Shown here: positions 22,536-35,726 of the stretch, in pieces
How the letters are laid out: every line of letters begins with the position of its first letter
Position numbering within the stretch: position 1 is the stretch's first letter
Assembly (NCBI GenBank): GCA_964016885.1
Contig: OZ024755.1
Location: forward strand, 19,158,001-19,222,000
Origin: Eledone cirrhosa
Taxonomy: Eukaryota
DNA length: 64,000 bases
Direction: 5' to 3'
Program-made: the position numbers and the translations under genes
The notes under the pieces: generated by a model
The model's input: only the letters and a program-made list of their open reading frames with translations
The model's database searches: none
Told to the model about the DNA's origin: nothing

Positions 22536-23904
22536 AAGGCACCAGGAAGAGCATATGGTCATAAAACAATGCCTCAAAAAGGATCTGATAATGAGCATAA
22601 GCCTGTTATGGGGCCAACAATGTTAACCCTTGTAGCAGGAGAAATAACCCCAAAGCAATTGAATGAGTTCTAATAGATTCACTTGAGTGAAGCCTTCTAG
22701 ATTAGCAGGTATTCTGGAATGTCTCTTTGTTTGTTTCCTCTCTCTTTAGTACTGACTTATAACTATGTTATAAAAAAGGCCCTTAATGGTGATCTTATTG
22801 GTATATGAAGATTTAACAATAGATGGCAAAACTGATTAGAAATGGATGAACAAATATTTATTTGTTGATTGTCTGTGGAATGTTATTGAAATATAGAGAA
22901 ATTAAAGGAATTCGTATTCTATTGGATGTTTAATAAAAGGATGTTATCATCAAAATGATATGAAAGCTCCACTCGGTCATGACTGACCATGGGATTGCAC
23001 CTGGAAAGTTCCTCACCAAAGTACCAGTCCGGACATGATGTTTTTTGGGAAACCATCAGTTACCCAAGCATGCCAGTCTCCCTGCTCCATGTCACCATGG
23101 AAAAGGCATAGCCTGATACAGCTTAGCCTCAGTAATGTCAACACAACTTATTTATATGGGGAATTGAACTTACAACCTTTCCATGTTCCATGCCACCAAG
23201 GGAAAGGTGTAGCCAGATACAGCTTAGCTGCATTAGTATCAAAACAACTCATTTATATGGGGAATTGAACTTACAACCTTACAATTGCAAGCCCAACATT
23301 CTAACCGCTAGGCTATGTGTCTTCGTTATTAGGATATCATCCTTCATAAACAATATGCAGGAAAATTATAATGTAAGCACTCAGTACTTCAGTATGTTCA
23401 TGTATGAGATAATTAACAACCCCCTGATAAGATTGTGCACCTTGTATGTAAACAGCCTGTCTGTGTATATAATGTTGTAGTCAAAATGAAAATAGGTGTT
23501 GTTCACAATTATAGAAAACTTCCTGATAGATTATATTTCTTCCAGTAACATGGACTGTGTTGTTTTATCTTCCTGATGTATACACCTACTGTTATCCACA
23601 GATATGAACAACTAGCCTTGTTTTGACATCTTTATATACAAACAGCAAATTAATATGTCAAGCTTGACTGCTAAAATCTATCTCAACAGCTAGCAAAACA
23701 CACAAGTTATGGTTTCCAGGACTTCAATAAAGATGCTGGCAACTTACATATTAAAGAAATAATACCTTTTCTCAATCATCATCATCATCATCATTTTACA
23801 TCTGTTTCCCTTGCACATGGACTTAAACAAACACTCAATAGGCACCTCTTAATCCAATATACACCCCACACCACCCTTACTCCATAAAGTTATGTTGGTA
23901 TCAT

Positions 23905-24140
23905 AAAAGTGCCCAGCTCACACTGTAAAGTGGTCATGTAGGAGACATGGCAAAAAACACCCAGCACACACTGTAAATGTGGTTGGCGTTAGGAAGGGCA
24001 TCCAGCCATAGAAAACCAGCAGAAACAGTCCTAAATGACTGAGACACGGTCACTCGACCCAACTTGCCTCTAATAGGACAAACCTGTCTAACCCATGCTA
24101 GAATGGAAAATAGATGTTAAATGATGATGATGATGATGAT
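23905..24140 (+). mobile_element. RTE 3' UTR / RTE-tailed SINE fragment
   Basis: ggttggcgttaggaagggcatccagcc...aacccatgctag..tggaaaa + (GAT)n. Confidence 0.8.
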
Positions 24141-24634
24141 TTTCCATGCTTGTATGAGTTGAATAGATCCTTTCCAGTACAGTCTCCCTCAACTCAGAGC
24201 ATTCCTTCGTCATTTCTCCAGTGAGGTTTAGCATTTTAAGATAAATATTGTATGAAGTTATCAGAAAAGAGTAAATACATACAACATAAGCTCATACACA
24301 CAAACAAATCAAGGAGCTAAAATAGTTTTTAGGTAGAGATCTGAAACAAAATCCTTACTGAAGTTTTAACATCTGGTTGTAAGGGATTTGCATAAAGCTT
24401 ATAATATAAAATTAATGAACCTTGATATCACAAAATAAGGAATCTAATGTTTAGAAAGTAAATGTGATATTTTTCACTTCTTACAAGTTGAAAAATATTT
24501 TATACTTTAAATTATATTCTTTATGTCTTTCTTAATAGACATATTGAACAAGTAATGTTTAATGCTTTTTAATTAAGAGTCTGACATGTAATAAAAGACC
24601 TCAATTAAAAATTTATATGAAAATTTATTTTTAT

Positions 24635-24672
<38 letters not shown>

Positions 24673-24779
24673 CCCTATATGAGTGAGACACGGTCACCCG
24701 ATCAATCTTGCCTCAAGTGAGACAATTAACGTCTAACCCATGCTAGCGTGGAAGATGGACGTTAAACGATGATGATGAT

Positions 24780-24941
24780 ATATATATACACACACACATA
24801 TATATACACACACACACATATATACACACACACACATATATACACACACACACACATATATACACACACACACATATATACACACACACACATATATACA
24901 TACACACACACACACACATATATATACACACACACATATAT

Positions 24942-24978
<37 letters not shown>

Positions 24979-25062
24979 CACAGACACACACACACACAGA
25001 TATATATACACACACACACACATATACACACACACATACACACATACACACATATATATATA
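24780..25062. repeat. Compound (TA)/(CA) microsatellite
   Basis: Direct reading. Confidence 0.95.
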
Positions 25063-25344
25063 AAGTAAACAGAAATAAATGACACAGTAACTTTGAGAGG
25101 TTTTGGCCAGTATTGGCCTAGGCCATGTCTAAATAGCACCACCATTGAAGAAATATATTAGTTTAACACATGAAATAACAGGAAAAGAGTCTTAACGTTT
25201 CATACACTAATCCTTCATCAAAACTTAGAATAGAAAGGTATAGATTGAGAAGAGGAAGGAATGAAAATAATGAGAAAAAAACACACATGTATATTCAGTC
25301 AGCCATTTATATATATATATGTATGCATATTTATGCAAAGCATA

Positions 25345-25940
25345 AACAAACTGAGAGAGAGACTGAGCATAAGAGGAATCAAATGCTGTGTGCAGGAGAG
25401 GAGGTTGTGTTGGTATGGACATGTGATGCGTATGAAGGATGACAGCTGCATAAAAAGGTGCAGAGCACTAGAAGTTGATGGAAGCCGCGGAGTGGGGAGA
25501 CCCAAGAAGACCTGGGATTAGGTGATAAAAGCCGACCTTACTCAATTGCACCTCTCAAGGGCGATGACACACCACGGTGACCTCTGGCATTACGCAGTAA
25601 TACAGACGACCCGACTTCTCACTGGAACAAGCCAAAGCTGAAGCATATAGACAATATGCCCCCACCCCCTCCCACTGCAAAGTGGTCGTGGAGGTGCCAT
25701 GGCAAAAACGCACCCAGCTCACACTGTAAAGTGGACATGTAGGCGCCACAAAAAAAATCACCCAGCACTCACTGTAAATGAGGTTGGGGTTAGGAAGGGC
25801 ATCCAGCTGTAGAAATCAAGCCAGAATCAGTTCCTGTATGAACAAGACAAGGTCAGCCGACCGGACACTGCCCACAACAGGACAAACCCGTCTAACCCAT
25901 GCTAGCGTGGAAGAACGGATGTAAAGCGGTGATGATGATG
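25345..25940 (+). mobile_element. RTE LINE 3' end including ORF C-terminus and complete 3' UTR
   Basis: KLRERLSIRGIKCCVQERRLCWYGHVMRM...GRPKKTWD*VIKADL...DLWHYAV (one in-frame stop), then UTR and (GAT)n tail. Confidence 0.9.
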
Positions 25941-26574
25941 ATATATATATACACTCCCAAGCCTGAAAAATTAATTATAAGTGGTGGAAAATTTACATAT
26001 TACTCTAACTGGTTAGTATGAGAAGAGGTGAAGCGTAGACAGCGAGTTCTAGTGAGATAAGCAGAAAGTGAATACAGCATTGTTGGACTAGAGACTAGAG
26101 CTTTTATTTAGATAAGATTTATTGATCAATTGGTTTCTTTCTAAATATATTCCGAGATACCAGTGATACAATGATGTATTCTACACCCCTTTTTTAGAAT
26201 ATAGTGTGTGCTGAGAGATGAAATATTACTTGGTTCTGACAAGAAAGCCAAATTTTAAATATTTTGATAGCCAAAATTTATTTGCAAAGAATTCTGTCTA
26301 CAGTGCTCAAAAGCAAACTGACTAGTTAGTATAAAATATTGTTACTTTGATGTTTGAAATATACATAAATTAAATCACAAGTTTCACAGTAGCATCAGTT
26401 AACTGCTGTACTAATTATGGAAGACAATTTAATGTAATAGAAAAAGAAAAAAAAAACTAGATTGAGAAGAAAGAATAGAATGTAAAAAAAAATATATAAA
26501 AATGAAAAAAAAAGGGATCTAGTGACACAGAAGAATGTGGCGGGGGAGGGAAAAAACAAGGAAGTTTCGTTTAC

Positions 26575-26830
26575 ATCATCATCATTTCATTTTACGTCCG
26601 CTTTTTCCCTGCTTGCAAGGGTGGGACGGGAACTGATTCTGGCTTGATTTCTACAGCTGGATGCCCTTCCTAACACCAACCTCATTTACAGTGAGTGCTG
26701 GGTGCTTTTTTGCCGTGGCACCTCCACGACCACTTTGCAGTGGAATGATAGGGACCCCAGTCCCTATCATCTCATTTCTACAGCTGAGTATACTGGAACA
26801 ATGTGAAATAAAGTGTCTTGCTCAAGAAAA
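26575..26830 (-). mobile_element. tRNA SINE with RTE tail (5'-truncated)
   Basis: Reverse complement of 17640-17885. Confidence 0.9.
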
Positions 26831-27421
26831 CAACATATAAAAAATATTTGTGTATCTGTTACGCGCGTTTCACAGAGGATTAACTCAAGGTAACCCATAG
26901 AAGTTATGGACCCAACCCCAGTATCGATCTGTTCGTCAGATTGGTGATGTGACAAAAAAATATATATATATACTTATATGTGTGTATGTGTTAATCATTT
27001 CAAGTGGAAGGAGGTGATGAAAGAGGAGAGCAAGACCAAGAAAGTCATAAAGTCATGAGCAGAGATATTGAAAGCTGATCTCACGAAAGAGCAAACCATA
27101 CAAAGGAGATGACAAATGAAAGAAACAAGTGAAGAGATACTGCACTGGAGAGGTTGCAAATAACCCATGTAACCATGGAAACATGATGATGATGATGGTG
27201 GTGGTGATGATATGGCTATGTTTCAACATATTGAGATTTTATTCAAAGAGTAATGTTATTTTTGGCATACATTTCTAATATTGTTAATATATCTCTTTGA
27301 TATTTTTCTTTAAACACATTTTTCTAGTTTACAAATAATACTTTTTCTTGTCATACTTATAATTTACATATTTTTCATCAAGTAACTGAACAACAAATAC
27401 TTAGTAGTGTGATACAGAATA

Positions 27422-27965
27422 CAGTAGAACCTTACAGTACAAGAACCCCATTTTACGAGTAATTTGCTGTACAAGCCGAGCCGCTGGGCTTGCACACACT
27501 CTCCCAACAAGCACATCCTTTACTCTTTCAGTTCACATGTTTACCTCATGGCAGTATCCCTATTGTGTTTTTCCAGTGTGTTTTTTTTAGTTTTGTGCGT
27601 TTTTTGCTATTATTTTATAATAATTAGGGGAAGAAAACCCATAAAAAATGATTTGGGGGTGGTTTTGTGGGGCTGGAATGGATTATTTATATTTTAATTA
27701 CTGTATTTCCCGGTGCCAAAGACGCTGTGTCCTTGAGAACGCACCCTAATTTTGACAACCAAAAATTTGAAAAAAAATAATAAACAACCTTTAGTCTCCA
27801 GGACACACGGTAGATTTTTAAAACTTATTTTAGGAAAAAAAGTAACATCTTCGATGCCGGGAAATATGGTGGTTTTAATGTGGAAAATTTATTTGTAAAA
27901 CAAGTAAATCGTAAAACGAGCTTGGTCATGGAATGAATTAAACTCGTATTGTGATGTATTAGAAT
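27422..27965. mobile_element. Tigger/pogo-like MITE hosting a nested element
   Basis: TA-CAGTAGAACC start; degenerate right end aaactcgtattgtga; body interrupted at 27701. Confidence 0.55.
27701..27869. mobile_element. pogo/Tc2-like MITE (CYGTATTTCC TIR)
   Basis: TA-CTGTATTTCCCGG...CCGGGAAATATGG; reverse-oriented copy at 56994-57161. Confidence 0.85.
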
Positions 27966-28614
27966 ACTATTTTAATTCCAAACTAAGATTTCAAATAAGA
28001 AAAAGAAAGAAATTAGAAATGAACTTCAAAAAGCTGAAAACCAAGTGACAAAATCAACAGGAGTTATAAACAAGTTTGATGTAGATAAAAAAAACAAAAA
28101 CAAACCCAGAGTTAAAAGATGAGGAAGTAGTCCTTTGAAATTCAAAACTCCAGTTACTATTGATGACATTTCAAACAAACTGTTGTTTGCTTGATACCAA
28201 CTTTTGTTTAAGTTTTGCATTGAGACATATTTATTTCTTGTTAGCACATGATTTAGACTGCTTTCAACAAGATATAACATAACATCTGATCTTACAACCA
28301 GGCATTCTACTGTTATTTTATCTATGTAAGATCCAATAGAAATCAGTGTATGTTTAATTCTATATATTACAGTGCCCAGTTGGTGAGCATTCATTACTTT
28401 ATTTTTTTTACATTGTGATGACAATATATATAAAGTGCTATTTATCTCTTTTGATACCAGTCCACCATTGAATGCACCTGGTTCTATGATACAAGCCTTT
28501 CTGTTTCAAAGTGTTTATATTTAAGTTTAAGCCTTCTAGCATTTATAACTGTATGTAAAAACGTTTTGATAAGTAATGTTCTAAAAGTCTAAAGTCTGTT
28601 TTGATCCCAGAAGA

Positions 28615-28850
28615 TCATCAGGCCGGTGCTTATCCTGAGTTATGTGGCATTAAGCAACTGCGAGTACAAGACTCCACCCTGGCCAGGATGGCAGTGCATC
28701 ACAGGGTTAAACCCCAGCTATTGCTGGTACTTATTTTCAGCTGATTATATTAAAGCAATGTGAAATGAAGTATTTTGTTTAAGAATACAACACACAACCA
28801 AGTCCAGGAATCAAACCCACGACATAAGTCCAATACCTTTACCACATCGC
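28615..28850 (-). mobile_element. MetaSINE-like tRNA SINE
   Basis: Same family as 20538-20795. Confidence 0.8.
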
Positions 28851-29099
28851 TTTGAAAATGTTTCTTTCTAATGTGATGCAGTCATAGTGGTTACTGTTTT
28901 CTACTTGTTAAGAATGTCTTGTGAATGTGGTTACATGTGGTATAGGACATTAAGAATTAATATAACAGAAATAACACATTCTTTTCCTATAATAATCATA
29001 TTCCTAAACTAACCAATAATCTCATTCAACTCTGAAAAGACTTAGCTCAACAGATTTTCCAATCATACACGTATTTAATCCCCTTCACCACACACATAA

Positions 29100-29540
29100 C
29101 TATACAACTACAGTATAATTCTGAATTTGTGCAGTCTAGTTACATATATGACTGAAGTATAATTCTGGATCTGTGCAAGTCTAATTACAATATACAACTG
29201 GAGTATAATCCTGCATCTGTGCAAGTCTAGTTACACAACTGGAGTATAATCCTGCATCTGTGCAAGTCTAGTTACACAACTGGAGTAAAATTCTGCATTT
29301 ATGCACACCTAGTTACAATATACATAGAGTATAATGCTGCATTTGTGCAGTCTAGTTAGATATATGACTGAAGTATAATTCTGGATCTGTGCAAGTCTAA
29401 TTACAATATACAACTGGAGTATAATACTGGATCTGTGCAAGTCTAGTTACACAACTGGAGTAAAATTCTGCATTTATGCACACCTAGTTACAATATACAT
29501 AGAGTATAATGCTGCATTTTTGTACAGTCTAGTTACATAT
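29100..29540. repeat. ~41-46-bp degenerate minisatellite with higher-order duplication
   Basis: Unit ctagttacaatatacaactggagtataattctgcatctgtgcaagt; remnant at ~30270-30350. Confidence 0.85.
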
Positions 29541-29589
29541 ATATACATGCAGTATATGTATATGTATGTATGCATATGTACATGTATGT

Positions 29590-30115
29590 GAAAGCACGTA
29601 GCTTTGTGGTTAGGGTATTCAGCTCACAATCGTAATGTCGTGAGTTCAATTTCCAGAGGCAAGACATTTGTGTCCTTCAGCAAGACATTTTATTTCACGT
29701 TGCTCTAGCCCACTCAGCTGGCAAAAATGAGTTGTATCTGTCACGTTCGGTGTCACACTGAATCTCCCAGAGAACTACGTTATGGGTACGCATGTCAGTG
29801 GTTGTCAGTTGACATTGCACTCAGTGCTCCTTTGGGAGCCCCTACATGGACACACTAGAAGAGGAAGACCAAGGTTAACGTATGTTGATGCCCTAAGGAC
29901 AGACACTAGTCTGTTGGAGACGCAGGACATGGCAGCGATAATGAGGGACAGAGACCGCTGGAGAGAACTCGTCCATGGATCTCGGGAATTTTACCCACCT
30001 TAGATAGATAGATGTCAGTGGAATGCTCAGCCACTTGCACGTTAATTTCATGAGCAGGCTGTTCGATTGATCAGATCAATTGGAACACTCGTCGTCATGA
30101 CTGATGGAGCTCCAT
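29590..30115 (+). mobile_element. tRNA SINE interrupted by an RTE insertion
   Basis: TAGCTTTGTGG A-box, GAGTTCAATT B-box; the body resumes after 30012. Confidence 0.8.
29802..30011 (+). mobile_element. 5'-truncated RTE/RTE-X LINE with (TAGA)n tail
   Basis: Intact frame HSVLLWEPLHGHTRRGRPRLTYVDAL...MRDRDRWRELV; 10-bp TSD ATGTCAGTGG at 29792-29801 and 30012-30021. Confidence 0.9.
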
Positions 30116-30680
30116 CATACATCATATGTATGTATGACTTTATACTATCAAACATCTGAAAGACTTTTCAAACTTGGAAGATGCTAGTAAAGATACGTTA
30201 CTTATTTGTGCCTAAAGAACACTCATTCTCCCTTCTATGTTTTCTCATTTCCCCCTTTTTTGTGTGTGTTTGTGCATGTCTAGTTACAATAGATGCAGAG
30301 TGTGATTCTATATTTCTGCACATTTAGTATACAACATATACAACTGGAAAGTCTTTTAATCATTAATTTTTCAAATCCCTAAAACATTATAAGACTTGTG
30401 GTTAGTTGATAGAGATGTGTTGTGTATTCTGAAGGCAAGGTAAGCATTAAGCTACTAAATATGATAAAACATTGATGATGGCTTCTGAAGATGCTAAAAA
30501 CTTGGTTTGGTCCTCTTTAGCACTTAACATAAACATTTTAATATACTCCCTCACTTCTTTCATGAATCTAGCATTTCAGAAAATACAAGAAGTTTATACA
30601 TATACACTTATATATACATACCAACATATATATACACAATAATCAATATCATCATCATTTATTGACAGCTTTTCTAATCT

Positions 30681-30682
<2 letters not shown>

Positions 30683-30721
<39 letters not shown>

Positions 30722-31007
30722 AATGTAGAAAAGTGAAAATATATATGTGTATGTGTGTGTGTGTATATATATATGTGTGTATATGTATATATATATATAT
30801 ATATGTGTGTGTGTATACGTATATATATATATGTGTGTATATATATATATATATGTGTGTGTATATGTATATATATATATGTGTGTATATGTATATATAT
30901 ATGTGTGTGTATTTGTATATATATATATGTGTGTGTATTTGTATATGTATATATATATATATGTGTATATGTATATGTATATATATATATGTGTGTATTT
31001 GTATATG

Positions 31008-31046
<39 letters not shown>

Positions 31047-31070
31047 ATATGTATATATATATATATATAT
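30683..31070. repeat. Compound (TA)/(TG) microsatellite
   Basis: Direct reading. Confidence 0.95.
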
Positions 31071-31374
31071 AATACTAGTCAAAAGCATGAGAGAATAACA
31101 CAAGAAAACAATGAATTACAATAGCAGGATATCAATATAACAGTTAATAGAAGTTCCTCAAAGAGTCTTAATATTTTGGACACTAGTTCTTCACAGAAAA
31201 GGAAAACACAGAAAGAAGAGAGGACTGTTTTAAGGGGAGGGCGGGGGGGCAAACACACAAAAATGAGAAAATGGAAATGAGAGAATAAATGTTCTTTAGG
31301 CACAAATAAGTAACGCACCTTTACTACTATCTTCCAAGTTAGAAAAGTTTTTCAGATGTTTAATTGTATAAAAT

Positions 31375-31431
<57 letters not shown>

Positions 31432-31509
31432 GAAACTGCTTGGTGCTGTGGTCGGGATTTTAGACAACTATATATAGGTACATATACATACATATTCATT
31501 CATTCATTT

Positions 31510-31795
31510 TTCATTTCATTTTACATCCGCTTTTCCCCTGCTTGCAAGGGTGGGGCGGGAACTGATTCTGGCTTGATTTCTACAGCTGGATGCCCTTCCT
31601 AACACCAACCTCATTTACAGTGAGTGCTGGGTGCTTTTTTTGCCATGGCACCTCCACGACCACTTTGCAGTGGAATGATATGGACCTCAGTCCCTATCAT
31701 CTCATTTCTACAGCTGAGTCAACTGGAGCAATGTGAAATAAAGTGTCTTGCTCAAGGAAACAACACATCACCCAGTCTGAGTGATGTGTTGTTTC
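31510..31795 (-). mobile_element. tRNA SINE with RTE tail
   Basis: Reverse complement of the 17568-17885 family. Confidence 0.9.
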
Positions 31796-31881
31796 CTATA
31801 TATATATCTGAAACTGCTCAGTGCCATGGTCGGGATTTTAGACAACTATATATAGGTACATATACATACATATATATATAA

Positions 31882-32070
31882 TACTGTAAATGAGGTTGGT
31901 GTTAGGAAGGGCATCCAGCTGTAGAAATCAACCCAAATCAGTTCCTGTATCAGCAAGGCATGGTCAGCCGACCAGACACTGCCCACAACAGGACGACCCG
32001 TCTAACCCATGCTAGCATGGAAGAACGGACGTAAAACGGTGATGATGATGATGATGATGATGATGATAAT
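31882..32070 (+). mobile_element. RTE 3' UTR fragment with (GAT)n tail
   Basis: Matches 25772-25940. Confidence 0.85.
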
Positions 32071-35000
32071 AATGAGGGTTGACAGACCCAGCATATTTAT
32101 CAATGCCAGTACCGGTTGTATGCAGCGCACTCCATGGGCAATGTAAGATACATTACCAGAGTATGCACAAAGTTATTTGCTTCAACACAACACACATAAA
32201 ACGGGTGCCTATACATATATATATATATACACAACGGGTGCCTATACATATATATATACATACACACACACACAAACACAAATGATATATTAGTGTGTAT
32301 TTTTAATTTTATACAATCATACATCTGAATATTTTTTTCTTACTTGGAAGATGAAAAGCAAAGATAAGTTACTTATTTGTGCCTAAAGAATATGAAAGCT
32401 CAAAAAGGAATACTAAATCCCTTTTAGATTTTAGGAAGCATTGGGAAGCAGAAAAGGTAAAGTTAAACATGAAAAAGATATTTTAAGGGTGGAACACTAT
32501 CAATTCTCCATGGAGATGTAGTATACTGACAGTTTATTTTATAGACATCCAAACTAGGGTTTTGCTATACAAATTGTTTTAGATAGTTTTGCCTTTTTCT
32601 TTACATAAAGATCCATATTTTAAACATGCTTTTCTTTTTGTTTAAGCGTTTGGCAACTCGTGATAAGAGATAAATTTGATATGTGTGCATGTACACTGTT
32701 TATCTGTCTCTAGTTTCCTAAATTTTCTCATGGAGCAGAACTAAATAAAGAAGAAACTGATATAGAACTGAGTGAAAAGGTGTAAACGATAATAAATTCT
32801 TAAGAGGGCACCTAAAAACATCAATTGTCAGATAGTTTGCTATTTCAAATTCTGCTCCCTTCTTTCCTCCCTTGAAGCTGAAAGAAGCTGGAAACAAAAA
32901 GTATGTTTGCCTTTTTGAACGTGAAGTGTATATAATTAATAAAAACTTTAATAAAAACTTGAAAACAATATTAACCCTAATCTATACTACTTACTATTCA
33001 GTAATGATTGTCAGGTTCAGTAGTGTATGTTGTAATTGTTTGATCAGTAGAACTAGAACTATCAACTCATTGTAATTAATTGGCTGAGTATTTCACAGAA
33101 GTTTGAATAAGGCAGTAAACTTTCTTAGCTCTCAGAGTGTTGGGTAAATGATTCAGTATTTGCTGAGGCTTTCTGCGATTAAATCTTACAGAGGTCAGTT
33201 TTGCCTTTCATTCCTTCAGGTTCGATAAATAAGGCACCAGTCTAAGTACAGTGGATTGGCAGAATTGTTAAAAAGTTGAATGGGATGTTTTGCAGTATTT
33301 GTTCCTGCTTTGTGTGTTCTAAACTCAAAGCCTGCTTCCTGTCACCAGAAAAACAGTGTCATTTCTACCAAGTGTTGCATTTGGCAGATAGTATCAACAA
33401 TGGAAGGATCAATGGAAATATAGTTTCCTTGACTCAATTTGATAATAGGCTCCTTTCTTTTTATATAAGATTGATGCACAAATAACTGTAGGGGTTTCGG
33501 CTGTTTTAAAGTTTGATATCAGCCTGTTGATTTATGCTAAGTGTTTTGTTTTGACCAAAAATTCTTTTTAACAGATTTTATTGGAGTTATCTCCCTTACT
33601 TGTTGTTCTTAGATTTTAAACGTCTCTAGAGAGAATGTTTGCTTACAAATCGCTTGAATAAACTCAGTTAAATGGAACTTTTTCAACTCACTATATTACA
33701 TATGTGGGACCTTATCATATTTATATTTCGTATGTAGAATACACCCCTGAGATATCCCCTTCCTCAGCCATATTGGTTATGTAAACTATACTAGGAAAAT
33801 TAAATAAGAATAAGTTTGTCTACAAGACAGAAATAATATATTGTGTAAGATACCTAAATTAAATGGAAAGGTAGAAGTAGAAAGTAGAGATTACCTAATG
33901 AATTAGGTAAACCATTTTTTTCTAAAGCCATTCCCTTAAATCATACCTGTCAGTTACATCCGGTGAGAATTCACCACATGAATATGTGTTGATGAGAAAG
34001 ATTACAGTATTTAACACTACTTCTTGCTTCCATTTTTGTTTATTAAAAAAAACCCCAGAAAACAGAATATCATACCATACATGGTTTATTAATTTTATAT
34101 TTTAAACTTATTTAATCATACATATAATCAATTATGGTATTAAAGCCTTTGATTCTATGCTAACTTCATCAGAACCGTTACAGAAAAATTGTTATATGAT
34201 TGTATATAGAAAAATAAGTTACGGTCTTATTAAAACATTGGATCATATTTTGTCTTTGATGATTTGCCTTTGAAAGTATATATACTTTTGCAGCCACTAT
34301 TATCCAGAAATAATATATTATTATATATGAAAGAATGATTAATGCTTTTTTTTTTCTTCTGATCCAAACATGTTAAAAATTCATAGTAAAATCTACAACT
34401 ATGTACCATAGCAATTCCTTAAATTCTGCAGCTGCCAATCATTTTTTATAATAATACACAGGCTTTTTAAAAGGCTGAACACATTACTGAAATCAACTGT
34501 TAAAACATTATTGAAATCGACTGAACCCTGATTGCAATTAATGAACTTTTTAATTAATTAACACTAACTATGAAAAGAAAATGCAAAGTCAAGATAACTA
34601 GATTCTTCCATGTTCACAAAAATTTCAATAAAACTTGTATGGCTCAAATGAAATTTGAAAATATTATTTGAAGTCTCGTTTAAAAATCCCATTTTTTTTT
34701 TCCAGAATGGATTAATTTAACATATTTTTGCAATCAAGTTTTGATGCTAGTGATGTAATAGTATTAAGAAGGCATATTGAATTCACAATTAAAAACAAAT
34801 TAAGTGATTAGCATATAAAAACCTTTTTAAAATACCAAACAAAAACGTATTTCTTTTTATTTGTTAATCCAAGGAACCAAGCCAAAATTTTGAAGCCCTT
34901 TTGACTTTTGAAGGACTTCTGATCAAGATGAAATGTTAATTGGTAGTGTTTAGTGTGAATTATTCAAGATTATAAATATTAATATTTCAGCTAAAGACCT

Positions 35001-35726
35001 GAGTAAAAAAGGATTTTGAAAAGGAAAATATCCTGTGGAAAATGGATTGTACCAACCAAATTTATTTGTATGGGATATAGGAAGCAGAAAAGAAGGGTAA
35101 AATTAGAAAGCAGTGGTTGCTAAACTTATTTGCTCACAGACCCTAATACAATTTTCCAAAATTTGTGGAACCCATACCTGCATATAGTCGTCAACAGTGT
35201 AACATATCCCTATTTCTTGTGTTAATATACGCTTTGTGATTATAAATCTAAGAATACCGGAAGTATACCAACTGGATTTACCTCTGAAACACCTTTCACT
35301 AATCTGGATATAGAATAAACTACATCGTTATATATATATACACATACATATATAAATCTTAAGACAAAGCATGTTGATGAATTTTTTATAACTTCACTAA
35401 AATGTAAAAAACAAATTTCTGCTAGATAAGTTAAGTTTCATATTCAAACCATTTACTTCAACTAAAACATTAAGGACAATATTATAACAATATTTGGTGT
35501 TGGAAACAAATAATGCTACATGCCAAAAGTTGTATATTATTCCATTTTTTCTCTATTTGTTTTTAAAGTTCTATTTTCTCTATTAATTAAATTATGATAT
35601 ATTCAACCCATACCAAGTCAATTGCATACTTAAAGTTTACAAACTTAAATTTTGTAGTAGTCTGCCACCAGTACTAGACTTTACTAGAGTAAATATACTT
35701 TACTTTCAATATACTAAGGCTACACG

